In this document: in pieces, positions 18,667 through 26,777 of the stretch
How the letters are laid out: every line of letters begins with the position of its first letter
How positions within the stretch are numbered: position 1 is the stretch's first letter
NCBI GenBank assembly: GCA_035710365.1
Contig: DASTDN010000415.1
Location: 1-37,261 of the forward strand
DNA from: Streptomyces sp.
Lineage (GTDB): Bacteria; Actinomycetota; Actinomycetes; Streptomycetales; Streptomycetaceae
Direction of reading: 5' to 3'
Length of the DNA stretch: 37,261 nucleotides
Translations under genes and position numbers: made by a program
Notes under the pieces: model-generated
What the model saw: the letters and a program-made list of their open reading frames with translations, nothing else
What the model was told of the DNA's origin: nothing
Databases searched by the model: none

Positions 18667-19500
18667 TCACGCCCTCTGGAACTGCACCCGCAGATACGCG
18701 TCGAAGGCCCGGCCGCCCAGCAGACGTCGCAGGTGGACCAAGGTCACGGCGGCCGGTGTCACGACGTAGCGGGTGCGGGGGCTGCGTGCCGTGACGGCGC
18801 GTTCGACGCACCGGGCCACGGTGTCCGGACCGGACGAGAGCAGCCGGGAGCGGTAGGAGCTGGCCATCTGCCTGCCGACGGCGCGGTTCAGCGCGGCGTA
18901 CGCGCTGTCCTCGCCGTGGGAGTCCGCGAGGGTTCCGGAAGCGGTGTTCTCGAAGCCGGTGCGGATCAGGCCCGGTTCGACCAGCGACACCTTCACGCCG
19001 AAGGGGGCGGCCTCGAAGCGCAGGGCGTCGCTGAGGGCTTCCACGGCGTACTTGCTCGCGTGGTAGTAGCCGCCCACGGGAAAGACGAGACGCCCGCCCA
19101 TGGAACCGATGTTGACGACGCGTCCGCCGCCCGCCGCGCGCATCCCGGGCAGGACGAGCTGGGTCAGCCGCGCCAGTCCGAAGACGTTGGTCTCGAACTG
19201 CCTCCGCACGGCGTCGAGGTCGGTCTCCTCGACGGTGCCGTACTGGCCGTACCCCGCGTTGTTGACGAGGGCACCCACGGTGCCGTGGCGCTTCTCGACG
19301 TGCTGTACGGCGGCGCGCAGGGAGTCCTCGTCGGTCACGTCCAGCGCGAGCGTGTGCACGTCGGGGCCGTCGAGGCCGGCGAGTGCCTCCGGGCGGCGGG
19401 CCGTGGCGTACACGGTGAGGTCCGTGCGCCGCGCGAGGCGCAGGGCGGTGGCGCGGCCTATCCCGGACGACGCACCGGTAATGAGAACGGCAGTGGTCAT
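18667..19500 (-). CDS. Short-chain dehydrogenase/reductase
   Basis: TGASSGIG, LVNNAG, catalytic YHASK and VEPG. Confidence 0.95.
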   Translation of the reverse strand: MTTAVLITGASSGIGRATALRLARRTDLTVYATARRPEALAGLDGPDVHTLALDVTDEDSLRAAVQHVEKRHGTVGALVNNAGYGQYGTVEETDLDAVRRQFETNVFGLARLTQLVLPGMRAAGGGRVVNIGSMGGRLVFPVGGYYHASKYAVEALSDALRFEAAPFGVKVSLVEPGLIRTGFENTASGTLADSHGEDSAYAALNRAVGRQMASSYRSRLLSSGPDTVARCVERAVTARSPRTRYVVTPAAVTLVHLRRLLGGRAFDAYLRVQFQRA

Positions 19501-20069
19501 GACGAGTCCTTCGTGCCGCCGGACAGGCCGGCGATCATCAGCTCGACGCCCTGGTGGAGGCGGTCGAGGGGGGTTTCGGGGTCGGTGAGGTCCGCTTCGA
19601 GGCCCCGGGTGAGGGCCATGAGGAGTTCGGCGACGTCCGCGGCCCGGCGCCCGTGTCCGGCCCGTTCGAGCGCGCCGCCCAGCAGGGCCCGCATCGTCTC
19701 GTCGTAGTGCGCGACGAGGTCGGCGGACACCCGGGCGTCGACCGCGAGGAGTTCCGCGGCGTGGGCGGGGCTGTCGTGCCAGACCCGCAGGACCATCTCC
19801 AGCTTGGCGCGCAGGGCACCGGTCAGCCTTCCGGAGAGGTCGCCGTCCTGGGCGAGCGCCTCGCGGGAGGCGTCGAGGGCGTCGCCCAGCATGCGCTGCA
19901 CGAGCCGCCGGAAGGCGTCCTGCTTGTTGCGCACGTGCTGGTAGACCGCAGGGCGGGACATGTCGGCGGCACGGGCGATGTCGTCCATGGTCGTACGGCG
20001 GACGCCGTGCCGGGTGAAGCAGCGGTAAGCCGCGTCGAGGACCAGGGCGACGCGTTCATCGTCGGACAT
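19497..20069 (-). CDS. TetR/AcrR family transcriptional regulator
   Basis: FTRHGVRRTTMDDIARAADMSRPAVYQHVRNK HTH. ATGA overlap with the SDR gene. Confidence 0.93.
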   Translation of the reverse strand: MSDDERVALVLDAAYRCFTRHGVRRTTMDDIARAADMSRPAVYQHVRNKQDAFRRLVQRMLGDALDASREALAQDGDLSGRLTGALRAKLEMVLRVWHDSPAHAAELLAVDARVSADLVAHYDETMRALLGGALERAGHGRRAADVAELLMALTRGLEADLTDPETPLDRLHQGVELMIAGLSGGTKDSS

Positions 20070-20104
20070 GCTGACAATCTATGTATGAAATGTCAGAGCG
20101 TCAA
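20070..20104 (-). promoter_or_regulatory. Leaderless housekeeping-sigma promoter overlapped by TetR-type inverted repeat
   Basis: Minus strand reads TTGACG-N17-TAGATT-N6-ATG. Inverted repeat CTGACA-N14-TGTCAG at 20071-20096 covers the -10 and spacer. Confidence 0.8.
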
Positions 20105-20145
20105 GCGGGGGCCCTGACCAGGCGGCATGCCGGCATCCCCCGCGA

Positions 20146-20161
20146 CGGGAAGCGCTTCCCG
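20146..20161. promoter_or_regulatory. Perfect palindrome CGGGAAGCGCTTCCCG, candidate LacI-family operator
   Basis: 16-bp perfect palindrome with central CG upstream of the LacI gene at 20204. A -10-like TAGGGT lies at 20181-20186. Confidence 0.6.
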
Positions 20162-20203
20162 GGGCGGCCGGGCCGTGAAGTAGGGTGACCGCTCGAAGGG
20201 AGC

Positions 20204-21205
20204 GTGAGCGGGGTGCGGGAGCGGGTCACCATGGCGGACGTCGCTCGGGCGGCGGGCGTCTCCACCGCCACGGTCTCCTACGTCCTGTCCGGCAAGCGCG
20301 CCGTCGCCCCCCCGACCCGTGAAGCGGTGGAAACCGCCATCGCCGACCTGGGCTTCACCGTCAACACCGCGGCACGCACCCTCCGCACGGGCCGCTCCAG
20401 CCTCGTGGCGCTGATCGTGCCCGACATCGCCAACCCCTTCTTCGCGCAGCTCGCCGCCGCCCTCCAGGAGCAACTGCGCGGCATGGCCCTGCACGTCGTC
20501 GTCTGCAACACCCGGGCACGCCGGGACGAGGAGCGCGCGCTGCTCGCCGAGGCGGTCCAGCAGCGCTTCGCGGGTGTCGTGATCACGCCGTTCCGGCTGC
20601 TGCCCCGGGACCTGGAGACCCTCACCGCCGCCGGTGTCCCGGCCGTCGTCAGCGCGGACGTCCCCTTCGGCCCCGTCGACCTCGTCACCCCCGACGCCCG
20701 GGACGCGACCCGCCAGGCCCTGGAGCGGGTGACGGCGGCGCGGTGCCGTCGGATCGCGATGATCGCGGGCCCGCGCGACGCCACCGGGGGAGACCCGCGC
20801 CTGGAGCTGCTGCGCGACCTCGCCGGGCGGTTCGGCACCTCCCTGCCGCGCGAACTGGTGATCCGCGGCGAGCACACCCGCGAGGCCGGCGCCGCCGGAT
20901 TCGCCCGGCTCATGAGCCGCCGCTACCGCCCCGACGCCGTGTTCTGCGCCAACGACGTCATTGCGGTCGGCGCCCTGGACAAGGCCCGCGAACTGGGCAT
21001 CGACGTCCCCGGCGACGTGGCGCTGGTCGGTCACGACGACGCCTCCTTCGCCTCCCTGGTGCACCCCCGGCTGACGACGATCCGCTATCCCGCGGACAGC
21101 GTCGGCCGCGCCGCGGCCCGCCTGCTGCGGGAACGGCTCGACGGGCGCGACGTGCACCGGACCGTGCGGGTCAGGGCCGAGTTCGTGGCCCGCGCCTCGG
21201 CCTGA
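20204..21205 (+). CDS. LacI family transcriptional regulator (probable regulator of the galactoside locus)
   Basis: VTMADVARAAGVSTATVSYVL, PDIANPFF, AVFCAND, VPGDVALVGHDD and PRLTTI. Confidence 0.93.
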   Translation: MSGVRERVTMADVARAAGVSTATVSYVLSGKRAVAPPTREAVETAIADLGFTVNTAARTLRTGRSSLVALIVPDIANPFFAQLAAALQEQLRGMALHVVVCNTRARRDEERALLAEAVQQRFAGVVITPFRLLPRDLETLTAAGVPAVVSADVPFGPVDLVTPDARDATRQALERVTAARCRRIAMIAGPRDATGGDPRLELLRDLAGRFGTSLPRELVIRGEHTREAGAAGFARLMSRRYRPDAVFCANDVIAVGALDKARELGIDVPGDVALVGHDDASFASLVHPRLTTIRYPADSVGRAAARLLRERLDGRDVHRTVRVRAEFVARASA

Positions 21206-21276
21206 CCCGCCGCTCGCCGGCCCCCGGCCGGACCGGCTCCTCACCTCCCTGCCGAAGCCTTTCGCGCACGCCCTTG

Positions 21277-21290
21277 CGTAATCGATTCCG
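21277..21290. promoter_or_regulatory. Near-palindrome CGTAATCGATTCCG, candidate LacI operator for the ABC/galactosidase operon
   Basis: One mismatched pair from a perfect palindrome, central CG, located between the LacI and substrate-binding protein genes. Confidence 0.6.
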
Positions 21291-21504
21291 TAGATCATTT
21301 CGTGTCCCCCACTGCCCCGGTCGGCGCAGCAAAGCACCAGGTCAAGACCGAGATGGAGGAGGAGAGCCACGCCGGTCGCCGGGTCACGAACGGGAGTCAA
21401 AGGTGAGATGAATCGTCGAACCTGTTGACTTTCGGAGGTTCCTGAGGTGGTGTTTGCGGCCACCGCCTCGTCGTGGCGGCACCCCCGGCGCAAGGAGCAC
21501 CCTC

Positions 21505-22857
21505 ATGGCGACCCGTGATCGCACCCCGACCCTGGCCAAACGCTGCCTGACCGGTGCGGTCGTGCTCGCCCTCGCCGCGGCCACCGGCTGCGGCGGCGGT
21601 GACGACACGGCCGGGACCGACACGTCCTGCGAGAAGTCCTCCGGCAAGGTCACCCTGCAGTACTGGTCCTGGGTGCCGGGGATGCAGAAGGCCGTGGACG
21701 TCTGGAACGGCGAGCACCCCGACATCCAGGTGAAGCTGAAGACGACACCCGCGGGCAACGCGGGCACCTACCAGAACCTGTCCAACGCCCTGAAGGCGGG
21801 CAAGGCCCCCGACCTCGGCCAGATCGAGTACGACTCCCTCGCCAGCTTCCGCCTCAAGGACGGCCTGCGCGACATCTCCTCCTGCCCCGGAGTCGAGGCC
21901 GCCGGCACCGAGTTCGCCGACTGGACCTGGTCCCAGGTCGAGTTCGGCGCGGGCGGCGAGGACGGCGTGTGGGCCGTGCCCCAGGACACCGGACCCATGG
22001 CCCTGTTCTACCGCAAGGACGTCTACGACAAGCTGGGCCTCAAGGCCCCCGCCACCTGGGAGCAGTACGCCGACCAGGCCCGCGAACTCAAGAAGGCCGG
22101 CAAGTACATCACCCACTTCTCCCAGACCGACCCCAACTGGTTCACCGGCCTGCTGTGGCAGAACAAGGCCACCATGTTCGAGCGCGACGGCGACGCCTGG
22201 AAGGTCACCGTCGACCGGCCCGAGAGCCGCCGGGTCGCCGACTACTGGCAGCGGATGATCGACGGCAAACTCGTCGCCACCGACCTCCAGGGCTTCTCCC
22301 CGGCGCTGTACAAGGCGTGGAACTCCGGCGAGGTCGTCACCTGGATCAGCGCCGCCTGGGGCTACAGCACCATCCGCGACAACGCCGGGTCCACCGACGG
22401 CAAGTGGGCGGTGGCCCCCATGCCGCAATGGGAGAGCGGCGCCGAACAGGCCGGGAACTGGGGCGGATCCACCACCGCCGTGCTCCGTGGCGGCGAACAC
22501 CCCGCGGAGGCCGCCGAGTTCGCCCTCTGGCTCAACACCGACCCCGAGGCACTCGCCCTCCTCAACAGGGAAGGCGGGCTCTACCCCGCTGCCAGGGCCG
22601 GACTTCGCCTGCCCGCGCTCCAGCAGCCCGTCGGCTTCTACGGCGGCCAGAAGATCTTCGACGTCTTCGCACGAGCCTCCGCGCACGTCGACACCCGTTT
22701 CACCTGGGGGCCGACCATGACCGACACCTACCGTCACCTCAGCGACGGCACCGCACGCGTCATCGGCCACCGCGGCACCCTCACCGACGTGCTGAAGCAG
22801 ACCGACACGCAGAGCGCCGCCTCCCTGCGCAAGCAGGCACTCGACGTCAGCGACTGA
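21505..22857 (+). CDS. Carbohydrate ABC transporter substrate-binding lipoprotein
   Basis: RBS AAGGAG before ATG 21505, lipobox LAAATGC, LQYWSW, APDLGQIEY, PQDTGPMALFYRKD and GNWGGS. Confidence 0.93.
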   Translation: MATRDRTPTLAKRCLTGAVVLALAAATGCGGGDDTAGTDTSCEKSSGKVTLQYWSWVPGMQKAVDVWNGEHPDIQVKLKTTPAGNAGTYQNLSNALKAGKAPDLGQIEYDSLASFRLKDGLRDISSCPGVEAAGTEFADWTWSQVEFGAGGEDGVWAVPQDTGPMALFYRKDVYDKLGLKAPATWEQYADQARELKKAGKYITHFSQTDPNWFTGLLWQNKATMFERDGDAWKVTVDRPESRRVADYWQRMIDGKLVATDLQGFSPALYKAWNSGEVVTWISAAWGYSTIRDNAGSTDGKWAVAPMPQWESGAEQAGNWGGSTTAVLRGGEHPAEAAEFALWLNTDPEALALLNREGGLYPAARAGLRLPALQQPVGFYGGQKIFDVFARASAHVDTRFTWGPTMTDTYRHLSDGTARVIGHRGTLTDVLKQTDTQSAASLRKQALDVSD

Positions 22858-22881
22858 CCTGCCGACCGCCCCCCTGCCACG

Positions 22882-22902
22882 CCCCGCCGGCACGCGGCGG
22901 GG
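22882..22902 (+). other. Intercistronic stem-loop after the substrate-binding protein gene
   Basis: CCCCGCCG-gcacg-CGGCGGGG, an 8-bp stem. The position is typical of elements that stabilise or partly terminate SBP mRNA. Confidence 0.5.
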
Positions 22903-22925
22903 AACAGCACCCGCAAAGGCCTCCC

Positions 22926-23831
22926 GTGACCTCCACACCCCCCGGGGCGCGCCGCCGTCCACGCCGGACCGTCGCGCCCTACGCCTTCCTCGTCCCCTTC
23001 CTCATCCCCTTCGTCCTGTTCACCCTCGTCCCCGTCGGCTACGCCTTCTGGCAGAGCCTGCACAGGACCGAACGCACCGGCGGCACCTTCGGCCGCACCC
23101 ACTCGGTGTTCGCCGGCTTCGAGCAGTACGCCGACGTCCTCCGGGCGCCCTACTTCACCGAGAGCGTGCTGCGCGTCACCGGCTTCGCCCTCGTCCAGAT
23201 CCCCGTGATGCTCGCCCTCGCCCTGGTCCTCGCCCTGCTGCTGGACTCGGCCGTCGCCCGCGCCAGACGCTTCTTCCGCCTGGTCTACTTCGTGCCGTAC
23301 GGCATCCCCGGCGTCGTCGCCGCCCTCATGTGGGCCTTCCTCTACGACCCGCGGCTCTCTCCGGTCGTGGACCTGCTCCACTCCGCCGGCGCCCACGTCG
23401 ACCTGCTCGGCCCCGGCGCCGTCCTGTGGTCCATCGGCAACGTCGTCACCTGGACGTACACCGGCTACAACATGCTCATCCTGTACGCCGCCCTGCAGGC
23501 CGTCCCCGCCGACATCGAGGAAGCCGCCCGCATGGACGGCGCCGGCGGCTGGACCATCGCCTGGCGCATCAAACTCCCCGTCATCCGGCCCGCGCTCGTC
23601 CTCACCGGCGTGTTCTCCGTCATCGGCACGTTCCAGTTGTTCACCGAGCCGCAGGTGTTCCGTTCCATCTCCACCAGCGTCACCAGCACCTACACACCCA
23701 ACCTCGCCGCGTACTCCCTGGCCTCCGGCGACGACTACAGCGGCGCCGCGGCTCTGTCCGTCCTGCTGGCCGTGGTCACGTTCGCGCTGTCCCTGCTGTT
23801 CCTGCGCTTCACCTCAAGGGGGCGGGCATGA
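22926..23831 (+). CDS. Carbohydrate ABC transporter permease (MalF-type)
   Basis: GTG 22926, APYAFLVPF, FAGFEQY, WTYTGYNMLILYAALQ and EAA motif EEAARMDGA. Confidence 0.93.
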   Translation: MTSTPPGARRRPRRTVAPYAFLVPFLIPFVLFTLVPVGYAFWQSLHRTERTGGTFGRTHSVFAGFEQYADVLRAPYFTESVLRVTGFALVQIPVMLALALVLALLLDSAVARARRFFRLVYFVPYGIPGVVAALMWAFLYDPRLSPVVDLLHSAGAHVDLLGPGAVLWSIGNVVTWTYTGYNMLILYAALQAVPADIEEAARMDGAGGWTIAWRIKLPVIRPALVLTGVFSVIGTFQLFTEPQVFRSISTSVTSTYTPNLAAYSLASGDDYSGAAALSVLLAVVTFALSLLFLRFTSRGRA

Positions 23832-24721
23832 GCCTTCTCACCCGTACCGAAGGCGCCCACGCCGCACCGGCCCGGCCCCGGCGCCGCGCCCGCCCGTCGA
23901 CCATCGCCGCCGTGTCCTTCATGGCCCTGGTCGCCTGCTACATCCTGCTCCCGGTGTACTGGCTCCTCGTCTCCGCGACCAAGAGCCAGAGCGACCTGGT
24001 CACCACCCCGGGACTGCTGCCCGCCGACTGGCACTTCGGCGCCAACCTCAGCGCCCTGTTCTCCCAGCAGGACGGCGTCTACGCCCGCTGGCTCCTCAAC
24101 AGCCTGCTGTACGCGGGCGCCGGCGCGGCCGTCGCCACCGTCCTCGCCGCCGCGGCCGGCTACGCCCTCGCCACGTACACCTTCCGCGGCCGCGAAGCCG
24201 TGTTCTCCGTCATCCTCGGCGGCGTCCTCGTCCCCGCCACCGCCCTCGCGCTGCCGCTGTTCCTGCTCTTCGCACAGGTCGACGCCACCAACACGTTCTG
24301 GTCGGTGTTCCTCCCCAGCGTCGTCAGCCCCTTCGGCGTCTACCTCTCCCGCATCTTCGCCACCGCCTCCGTACCGACCGAGGTCCTGGAGGCCGCCCGC
24401 ATGGACGGCGCCGGAGAGTTCCGCATCTTCCGCACCATCGCCCTGCGCCTCATGGCGCCCGCCCTGGTCACCGTCTTCCTGTTCCAGTTCGTCGTCATCT
24501 GGAACAACTTCCTGCTGCCCCTGGTGATGCTCCAGGACGACCGCCTCTACCCCGTCACCCTCGGACTGTTCACCTGGCAGTCGCAGACCAGCCGCCTGCC
24601 CGAACTGCAGACCCTCACCGTCGTGGGAGCCCTCGTCTCCGTCGTGCCCATCGTGCTCACCTTCCTCCTCCTGCAGCGCCACTGGCGCGCCGGACTCGCC
24701 GCCGGAGCCGTGAAGTCGTGA
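23828..24721 (+). CDS. Carbohydrate ABC transporter permease (MalG-type)
   Basis: ATGA overlap at 23828, NSLLYA, LEAARMDGAGE, WNNFLLPL and GAVK C-terminus. Confidence 0.93.
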   Translation: MSLLTRTEGAHAAPARPRRRARPSTIAAVSFMALVACYILLPVYWLLVSATKSQSDLVTTPGLLPADWHFGANLSALFSQQDGVYARWLLNSLLYAGAGAAVATVLAAAAGYALATYTFRGREAVFSVILGGVLVPATALALPLFLLFAQVDATNTFWSVFLPSVVSPFGVYLSRIFATASVPTEVLEAARMDGAGEFRIFRTIALRLMAPALVTVFLFQFVVIWNNFLLPLVMLQDDRLYPVTLGLFTWQSQTSRLPELQTLTVVGALVSVVPIVLTFLLLQRHWRAGLAAGAVKS

Positions 24722-26751
24722 CCCAGCACCCCCTCACCGGCCTCGTGAACCGCCTCGGCGGCATCGCCTACGGCGGCGACTACAACCCCGAACAGTGGCC
24801 CCGCGACATCTGGCGGGAAGACGTCCGCCTCATGCGCGAGGCCGGCGTCAACCTCGTCACCGTCGGCGTCTTCACCTGGTCCCGCCTCCAGCCCCGCCCC
24901 GGCACCTACGACTTCAGCCTCCTCGACGACGTCCTCGGCCTGCTCCACACCCACGGCATAGCCGTCGACCTCGCCACCTCCACCGCCGCGCCACCGCCCT
25001 GGTTCACCCGCCGGCACCCCGACGCCCGCCCCGTCACCGCCTCCGGCACCCGCCTCGCCCACGGCAGCCGCCAGGTCTTCTGCCCCAGCCACCCGGCCTA
25101 CGCCGAAGCCGCCGACGCCCTCGTCACCCGCCTCGCCAGCCGCTACGCCCACCACCCCGCCGTCGCCCTGTGGCACATCCACAACGAATGGGGCAACCAC
25201 AACGCCCTGTGCTACTGCGACACCAGCGCGGCCGCCTTCCGCACCTGGCTCCGCGACCGCTACCACAGCCTCGACTCCCTCAACGACGCCTGGGGCACCG
25301 ACTTCTGGAGCCAGCGCTACGGCGACTGGGACGAGATCGACCCGCCCCGGGACACCACCGCGTTCCGCAACCCCGGCCAGGACCTCGACTACCGCCGCTT
25401 CTCCTCCGACGCGCTGCTCGCCCGCCACCGCGCCGAGGCCGCCCTGCTGCGCCGCCACGCCCCCGGCATCCCCCTGACCACCAACCACCTGGGCACCTTG
25501 GAGAAGAAGACCGACGCGTACGCCTTCGCCGCCGAGTGCGACATCGTCTCCCTCGACCACTACCTGCCCGCGGCCGACCCCGAGGGCCACATCGACCTCG
25601 CCCTCAACGCCGACCTCGCCCGGGGCCTCGCCGCCGGCCGGCCCTGGCTCCTCATGGAACACTCCACCTCCGCCGTCAACTGGCAGCCCGTCAACGTCGC
25701 CAAACGCCCCGGCGAGACACGCCGCAACAGCCTCACCCACCTGGCCCGCGGCGCCGACGGCATCCTGTTCTTCCAGTGGCGCCAGTCCCGCGCGGGCGCC
25801 GAGAAGTGGCACTCCGCGATGCTCCCGCACGGCGGTACCGACACCCGTGTCTGGCGAGAAGTACGCACCCTCGGCGCGGACCTCGCCGCCCTGCGCGACG
25901 TGACGGGCACCCGCGTCCACGCCGATGTCGCGATGCTCTTCGACTGGCACAACTGGTGGGCCCTGGAACAGGAGGCCCGCCCCTCCGGCCGCATGCGCCA
26001 CCTCGACATCGTCCGCGACTGGTACGAGGCCCTGTGGAGGGCGAACATCACCTGCGACATCGTCCGGCCCGGCGCCGGCCTCGCCCCCTACAAGGCGGTC
26101 CTGGCCCCCAACGTCTACCTCCTCACCGACCCCCACGCCGAGAACCTCACCCGCTACGTCCGCGACGGCGGACACCTCGCCGTCGGCTGCTTCAGCGGCG
26201 TCGTCGACACCCACGACCGCATCCGCCCCGGCCACCACCCCGGAGCGCTGCGCGACGTCCTCGGACTCCGCGTCGACGAATACCTCCCGCTCCGCGCCGA
26301 CGACACGATCCGGCTGAGCGACGGAGGCACCGCCACGCTCTGGGCCGAACGCGTCGAACCCGAGGGCTGCATCCCGCGGCTCCGTTTCGCGGACACCCCG
26401 CAGGGCGGCCCCGCCCGTGGCGGGCCCGCCCTCACCCGCCACACCTACGGCGGCGGGACCGCCTGGTACCTCGCCACCCGCCCCGCACCGGACACCCTGC
26501 GCGCCCTGCTCCGGCAGATCACCGAGGGCGCGGGCGTCCGCCCCACCGCCGTCGTCCCCGACGGCGTCGAAGCGGTACGCCGCACGGGCCCCGACGGCTC
26601 CTTCCTCTTCCTCATCAACCACACCGACACCGACATCGCCGTGCCGGCCACCCCCACCGGCCACCCGCCCACCGGTACCGGCGGCCGCACCCGCATCCCC
26701 GCCGGAGGCGTCACCGTCCTGCGCGAACCCGCGCCCGCCCCCCGCCCCTGA
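24718..26751 (+). CDS. Beta-galactosidase, glycoside hydrolase family 42
   Basis: YGGDYNPEQW, WHIHNEW (acid/base), WLLMEH (nucleophile) and FFQWRQSRAGAEKWHSA. Confidence 0.95.
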   Translation: MTQHPLTGLVNRLGGIAYGGDYNPEQWPRDIWREDVRLMREAGVNLVTVGVFTWSRLQPRPGTYDFSLLDDVLGLLHTHGIAVDLATSTAAPPPWFTRRHPDARPVTASGTRLAHGSRQVFCPSHPAYAEAADALVTRLASRYAHHPAVALWHIHNEWGNHNALCYCDTSAAAFRTWLRDRYHSLDSLNDAWGTDFWSQRYGDWDEIDPPRDTTAFRNPGQDLDYRRFSSDALLARHRAEAALLRRHAPGIPLTTNHLGTLEKKTDAYAFAAECDIVSLDHYLPAADPEGHIDLALNADLARGLAAGRPWLLMEHSTSAVNWQPVNVAKRPGETRRNSLTHLARGADGILFFQWRQSRAGAEKWHSAMLPHGGTDTRVWREVRTLGADLAALRDVTGTRVHADVAMLFDWHNWWALEQEARPSGRMRHLDIVRDWYEALWRANITCDIVRPGAGLAPYKAVLAPNVYLLTDPHAENLTRYVRDGGHLAVGCFSGVVDTHDRIRPGHHPGALRDVLGLRVDEYLPLRADDTIRLSDGGTATLWAERVEPEGCIPRLRFADTPQGGPARGGPALTRHTYGGGTAWYLATRPAPDTLRALLRQITEGAGVRPTAVVPDGVEAVRRTGPDGSFLFLINHTDTDIAVPATPTGHPPTGTGGRTRIPAGGVTVLREPAPAPRP

Positions 26752-26777
26752 CCCCCGACCCGCCCGAGGAGCGCCCC

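Noticed and set aside
21320..21485. Assignment of the ABC operon leader to a known RNA family such as the raiA motif or a riboswitch
   Set aside because: Only short scattered words look similar. I cannot match the order of conserved elements by eye, so it is left unassigned pending an Rfam scan.
24795..26777. Apparent 660-aa N-terminal extension of the alpha-galactosidase (1390-aa ORF)
   Set aside because: It is an out-of-frame shadow of the GH42 gene. An RBS and GTG at 26778 mark the real start.
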